A DNA stretch of 64,000 bases. Origin: a virus. Its lineage: Duplodnaviria > Caudoviricetes. The stretch spans positions 32,001-96,000 of the IMG/VR virus record IMGVR_UViG_3300028048_000072; one strand, 5' to 3'. A model generated the notes under the pieces. That model saw nothing but the letters and a program-made list of their open reading frames with translations, did not search any database and was not told the DNA's origin. Numbering within the stretch: position 1 is the stretch's first letter; the number at the start of each line of letters is the position of its first letter. The translations under genes were made by a program, and so were the position numbers. This document shows, one piece after another, positions 59,052-64,000 of the stretch.

Positions 59052-59255
59052 ATGGATTGTAATTGTCAAAAATGTGGTGGAAAAATAGAAAATAATGATT
59101 ATTTTTTAATTGATTTTTATATTACTAAAACTTATACTCAAACACGAATGATATGTAAAAAATGTGCAAAGAAAGTAAAAGGTAGATGTAAGGTGTGTGG
59201 TGAAGCAAATGGACGTTGTGAACATACATCTGTTCTTTGGAATTTTATGGAGTGA
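59052..59255 (+). CDS. small zinc-finger protein
   Basis: Three CxxC pairs. Confidence 0.55.
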   Translation: MDCNCQKCGGKIENNDYFLIDFYITKTYTQTRMICKKCAKKVKGRCKVCGEANGRCEHTSVLWNFME

Positions 59256-59425
59256 ATATTTTATGATGAAACAAATAGAAATAAAGAATGGAATAACAAA
59301 TCGTGGAGTTTAAAATGTGGTTAGATGTTTTTATTATTTTATTGGTAGTCTATTTTAGTGAAGAACTTAAAGACCTTGAACTCTAAAAAATTCATAACTA
59401 TTTTTTATATATCTGAATAAAGAAT

Positions 59426-60097
59426 ATGGAGCATCCGATGAATTTTTTAGAATTTTATTCTTCTCATTTTGTAGGTTTAACACTAGTAATTTTCTTATTA
59501 GTTGCGTTATTGTTAGTTGGTGTCTTTTTTATCTGTAAAAAGATTTTGAAAGAAAATAAAAAATTAAAAACCCCGTGGTTTGAAATAGCACCTGATTCTG
59601 TAAAAACCGCAGAAACGGAAGATATGGGTAAAACAAGATTATTGTTAAAAAGACAAATGGAATTTGTCGATAATTATATTAAAGGAACAGAACCTATATT
59701 TTTAATGTTAACTAAAAAAGTTGTTACTGAATCATTAAAAAATCTTTTATTAGATGATATTACAAAAACACATATGATTAGTTGTTTTACTCAAAGTGAA
59801 ACAAATACATTGATGGAAATATTAAAAAGTTATATTAATAATCTTTTAGTTATGAATCATATTGGAACTAATAGAGAAAAAATAGAATCTTATGCTAAAA
59901 ATCACGTATCACAATTAGCAGGGATTACAAAACAATTTTATTGTGAATGTTATAATAAATTAAGTGGTGATGTTTGTGTAGATACATTACAGTATTGGAA
60001 AGAAATAAATATTGAACCTATAAGTTGGACTTATGACAGATTACTTGAAATCTTGATAGGTGTTGCAGAATTAAGATATTCTGATTTTAATAAATAA
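59426..60097 (+). CDS. single-TM membrane protein
   Basis: Long N-terminal hydrophobic helix; TAACTAT upstream. Confidence 0.65.
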   Translation: MEHPMNFLEFYSSHFVGLTLVIFLLVALLLVGVFFICKKILKENKKLKTPWFEIAPDSVKTAETEDMGKTRLLLKRQMEFVDNYIKGTEPIFLMLTKKVVTESLKNLLLDDITKTHMISCFTQSETNTLMEILKSYINNLLVMNHIGTNREKIESYAKNHVSQLAGITKQFYCECYNKLSGDVCVDTLQYWKEINIEPISWTYDRLLEILIGVAELRYSDFNK

Positions 60098-60120
60098 AAT
60101 TTATATGGTGGAGGTATAAC

Positions 60121-60480
60121 ATGATTAAAAATAAAATTATTGCTATTGACTATGATGGAACTTGTACAGAAAAAAACGAATATCCTAATCTTGGTGTATT
60201 GAGAGATGGATTAAAAGGTGTTATAGACTTACTTCAAGATAATGAAAATATTTTAATTTTAAATACTTGTAGAAAAGGAAAAGAATTACAAGAAGCCATA
60301 GATTTCTTGGAAGAAAATAAAATACATTTTGATTATGTAAATGAAAATGTACCTTTTCTTATTGAAAAATATGGTGATTGTAGAAAAATATATGCAGATA
60401 TTTATATTGATGATAATAATTTTCTACAGAATAAAGATATAAATTGGTACGATATTTTCAGATATTTTCTTTCTTATTAA
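60121..60480 (+). CDS. HAD-superfamily hydrolase
   Basis: IAIDYDGT, TCR, ADIYIDD. Confidence 0.85.
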   Translation: MIKNKIIAIDYDGTCTEKNEYPNLGVLRDGLKGVIDLLQDNENILILNTCRKGKELQEAIDFLEENKIHFDYVNENVPFLIEKYGDCRKIYADIYIDDNNFLQNKDINWYDIFRYFLSY

Positions 60481-60892
60481 AGGAGATTAAAAAAATGATA
60501 TATTTAGATGATGCTAAAAATTTATTAATTGGAACAGATAATTTATTTTGCAAAAACATGATTTGTAAAAATTATAATAATTGTGTACGTGCAGTAAATA
60601 ATTATAAATTTTTACAGAATGAAAGATACGGATTGTTTATTTTTGATAAAACAAATCTTTATTATAAAGAAGTTGAAAAATGTAACAATTTTATTCAAAA
60701 GGTGTATGAAAATGAAACAAAATCAACTAGTAAAAAATCAAGTAAAAAATAAACAGAAAACAAAAAATTGTGCAAATTGTAAATTCTGCAGATGTACAAA
60801 TACAGAATTTAGTTGTACAATATTCAACAAGACCGTATCTGAATGGAATTTATGTTCTCTATTTAAATAATTAATGTGGAGGTTTTTTAATT

Positions 60893-61891
60893 ATGGGAAA
60901 TATGGTTGTAGTTGGGGATATCCATGTTCAAGATAAAGAACCTAAAAAATCACAATCTTTAGATTTTTTAGAATGGCTTTTTAATCAAGAATTTAATAAT
61001 AAAGAAAATATTCTTTTGATTCTTGGTGATTTATGTGAAATTAACGCATCTTTTGAAATGTTTGGTGAATATGTAAACTTTTTTACAAATAAATCAAAAT
61101 TTAAGAAAATAATCTGTTTACAAGGTAATCATGATGCAGTAAATCAGTCTACAATTCTTTCAATTTTTGAACCGTTAAAAAATGTAGAAGTAATTACAGA
61201 ATATACAAGTTATGAAATTGAAAATATTAAATGTTTGTTTTTACCACATTATAATCATGAAGGAACTAAAAAAGATTCCATGATTGATTGCTATTCAAAT
61301 CTGTATAAAGAATTTGAAGATGTTTCTTTTGATTATGGATTTGCTCATATAGAAGATGAAACAGAACATTTTTCTAAGAAGTTTTGTGACACATCAAAAT
61401 TGAATGTAAAAACATGGATGAACGGTCATATTCATGTACCTACTATTCAAAATGGTGGTCATTATCTAGGTTCACCTATTCTTAATTCGTTTACAGAAAG
61501 TGGAAAAACACCTTATGTTGCAAGTATTAATCTTGAAAACAAAGAATATGAATTAATTGAAGTACCAAAATTTCTTGAATATTATGAAGTAACTTATCCT
61601 GAAAAATTACCAAAGATTGATACAAAATATGCTCTTTTCTTGGTAAGAGATTCTATTGATAAAGAAACTACAATTGAAGAATATTCAAAACAAGCAGAAG
61701 AATTAGGATATAAATTTTATACAAGAAGAATTTTGAGTAAAAAATCTGTATCTGATATTGATTCTAATGTAGAAAATGTTGATAATATCTGTACTTTTGA
61801 TGTATTTGCAAAAGAAAAAGAAATATCTGATGATATTGCAGATATTTGTAAAGAAATTATTAAATTGAAAGGGGAAATTGTAAATGCTTAA
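60893..61891 (+). CDS. sbcD: SbcD/Mre11/gp47-like nuclease
   Basis: GDIH, LGDL, GNHD, GHIH. Confidence 0.85.
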   Translation: MGNMVVVGDIHVQDKEPKKSQSLDFLEWLFNQEFNNKENILLILGDLCEINASFEMFGEYVNFFTNKSKFKKIICLQGNHDAVNQSTILSIFEPLKNVEVITEYTSYEIENIKCLFLPHYNHEGTKKDSMIDCYSNLYKEFEDVSFDYGFAHIEDETEHFSKKFCDTSKLNVKTWMNGHIHVPTIQNGGHYLGSPILNSFTESGKTPYVASINLENKEYELIEVPKFLEYYEVTYPEKLPKIDTKYALFLVRDSIDKETTIEEYSKQAEELGYKFYTRRILSKKSVSDIDSNVENVDNICTFDVFAKEKEISDDIADICKEIIKLKGEIVNA

Positions 61892-64000
61892 ATTAAATAA
61901 ACTTACTCTTAAAGGATTTGGAATTTTTAAGGAAGAAAAAGTTTTTGAATATGAAAACAATTTCAATATTCTTCATTGTGAAAACGGTAAAGGTAAAACA
62001 ACTTCTTTTAATGCTATAGAGATGTTGTTGATTTCAAATTATGACGGTTCATATTCAGATTATTTGAATACTGAATCAGAAGAATTTAAAATTTCATTGG
62101 ATTTTAATTTAAATAAATATCATCTTTATGAAGAACTTATTTATAATGGAACTACATCCACTAGAGTATTGAAAAATGCAGATACAGATGAAGATTTAGC
62201 AAGTGGTGAAAAAGTAAAAGTATGGTTGAATAAATATCTTCCTACATCAATTACAAAATATGCTCTTTTTGCTAGACAGAATTCTAAAATTGATATTATT
62301 AACTGTTCAGATTCAGAAAGACGTGATATTTTTAAGAAAATTCAAGATTTGGATTATTCTAAAGAAATTGAAACAATTATTGTGCCAAAGATAAATTCTG
62401 TTAAAGAATCAATTACAAATGTTGATAAAGAAATTTTTGCATTGGAAAATAAAAAATATCAGAAAGAAGATTTATTGGAATATCCTTTTACAGAAGAAGA
62501 ATATGAAAATAAAAAACTTAAAGTAGAAAGCATCAATTCTAAAAAATCATTGTTTGAAGAAAAACTAAAGCAGAAAGAAAACATGATTTCTAGGGCAAAT
62601 TCTATTGAAGAAGAAATAAATGAACTTAAAGATAATAAAGAAGAATCTTTGTCAAAAATTGATGATTGTAATACAAAGATTGAAAAAATTAAATCTGATT
62701 TGGAAAATGAAAAAATCAGTAAAGAATCTAGTATTAGTGAAAAAGAACGTGCGATTTCTTCCCTAACTTTAGAAAAAGAAAATTTGAGAGTAAAAAAAGA
62801 AGAAGAAAAGAACAATTTGGAAAAAGTTGTAAAAACTAATACTAGTGAATTAGCAGATATTGATTCTAAACTTGAAAATATAAAGTTGAAGAAAATTGTA
62901 AAATTCAATGATAATTTATTGGATGATGCTATTTTTAAGGTATCTGAAAAGAAAACAGAAATTACACTTAAAGAAAAAGACATGGAATCATTAAAAGATG
63001 GAATATGTCCTATTTGTGGTTCTAATTGTACTCATAAATTAAGTGAATATACTGATGATGTAAATAAATTGAAGTTGGAATTAGTATCATTAAACAACAA
63101 TGTATCTTCATTGAAAGCAAAAAAATTAGAAGTTGAGGATGATATTAAAAAGAATGATGATTTGAAAACATTGAAGATGAATCTTTCTAGTACAAGAGAT
63201 AAGATTGTATTCAATATTGAAAATGCCAATATTAAATTAGAAAATTTGGATGTAAATTATGAAAAGCAATATGAATTAATTGATGAAAAAATTACCAATA
63301 ATGAAAAATCTATTGAAGATATTAAAACTCAATCTGATTCATTTGTTCAGTCATCAGAAGAAATGAAAAATCATCTTGATTCAATGATTACTTCATTAGA
63401 ATCATCAATTAAAGATACAGAAAAGAAAATCACTAAAAAAGAAGATGAAATTTCTAAATTAAAAGATGAAATTGATTCTATAAATGAAGATTCTTTTGAT
63501 GATGAAGAATTAAATAAACTTAATGAAGAAATTTCTTCTTATGAAAATGTCGTAAGTAAGAATAAATTCATTAAAGAAAATAATTCAAAGTTGGATGTAG
63601 AAAAAGAAAATGATTCTAAAAAATTGGAAGGATTTAAAGATGAAAGAAAGAAATATGAAAATCAGTTATTCAATTTAGAATCTGCAAAATCTATTATGAC
63701 TAAAGACTATCCTAATTGGGTAATTGAAAATTCCATTCAAAATATGGAAAACAGTATGAATGAATTTATTAATGATATTTATTATAAACCGTTATACATT
63801 TCATTAAGGTCTACAAAAACATCAATTAAATTGGAATATGGTAAAAATGAAAATCATAAACTTCCATGTAGCCGTTTAAGTGGTGCAGAAAAACAGATTG
63901 TAAACCTTGCGTTTATAAACAACTTCAATAAAATGCTAGGATTGAATGTTATTTTCTTAGATGAAATTGATGCTCCATTAGATAATGACAGAAAAGAAAT
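61884..64000 (+). CDS. sbcC: SbcC/Rad50/gp46-like ATPase (runs off window end)
   Basis: Manual translation: ENGKGKTT Walker A, coiled coil, CPICG hook near 63006, LSGAE signature, FLDEID Walker B. Confidence 0.88.
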   Translation, partial: MLKLNKLTLKGFGIFKEEKVFEYENNFNILHCENGKGKTTSFNAIEMLLISNYDGSYSDYLNTESEEFKISLDFNLNKYHLYEELIYNGTTSTRVLKNADTDEDLASGEKVKVWLNKYLPTSITKYALFARQNSKIDIINCSDSERRDIFKKIQDLDYSKEIETIIVPKINSVKESITNVDKEIFALENKKYQKEDLLEYPFTEEEYENKKLKVESINSKKSLFEEKLKQKENMISRANSIEEEINELKDNKEESLSKIDDCNTKIEKIKSDLENEKISKESSISEKERAISSLTLEKENLRVKKEEEKNNLEKVVKTNTSELADIDSKLENIKLKKIVKFNDNLLDDAIFKVSEKKTEITLKEKDMESLKDGICPICGSNCTHKLSEYTDDVNKLKLELVSLNNNVSSLKAKKLEVEDDIKKNDDLKTLKMNLSSTRDKIVFNIENANIKLENLDVNYEKQYELIDEKITNNEKSIEDIKTQSDSFVQSSEEMKNHLDSMITSLESSIKDTEKKITKKEDEISKLKDEIDSINEDSFDDEELNKLNEEISSYENVVSKNKFIKENNSKLDVEKENDSKKLEGFKDERKKYENQLFNLESAKSIMTKDYPNWVIENSIQNMENSMNEFINDIYYKPLYISLRSTKTSIKLEYGKNENHKLPCSRLSGAEKQIVNLAFINNFNKMLGLNVIFLDEIDAPLDNDRKE

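Noticed and set aside
1-64000. Stop-codon reassignment as in some large gut phages
   Set aside because: Conserved genes are full length in code 11, TAG/TGA stops fall at natural gene ends, and no suppressor tRNA was seen
1-64000. CRISPR array
   Set aside because: No regularly spaced repeats; the 36-nt ESKKS repeats are in-frame coding and irregularly spaced

Overview
Very AT-rich (roughly 25% GC by eye), gene-dense segment of a large dsDNA tailed phage, myovirus-like and read in standard code 11. Replication and recombination genes: partial CHC2 primase, FEN/RNase H-like 5'-3' exonuclease, beta-clamp-like protein, DnaX-like clamp loader, family B DNA polymerase, DnaB- and DnaC-like proteins, intein-containing PIF1/RecD-like helicase, gp32-like SSB, RecA, ATP-dependent ligase, SNF2-like helicase and SbcCD. 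It also encodes dUTPase, a ThyX-like protein, a T4 gp21-like prohead protease with a probable nested scaffold, a gp25-like baseplate protein, GroEL (with an intein) and GroES separated by a TnpB element, three tRNAs, several homing-endonuclease-like genes and six DNA methyltransferase loci. Five patterns stand out. (1) The methyltransferases end in the same (S/D)IFD(M/F) peptide as the DNA polymerase, suggesting clamp-tethered, replication-coupled methylation. (2) A family of acidic modular proteins is joined by ESKKS(xRKS)LKE linkers resembling prohead-protease sites, and the genes sit behind a recurrent TAACTAT promoter-like motif. (3) A three-way-junction RNA has two loops complementary to the leader hairpin loop and SD of the downstream HNH gene. 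(4) A Pro1 class-3 intein interrupts the GDG|T ATP motif of GroEL. (5) GATC, AGCT and CCAG appear to be avoided. Several small indels, mostly in short runs, could be assembly errors. All calls come from motif recognition by eye; no searches were run.
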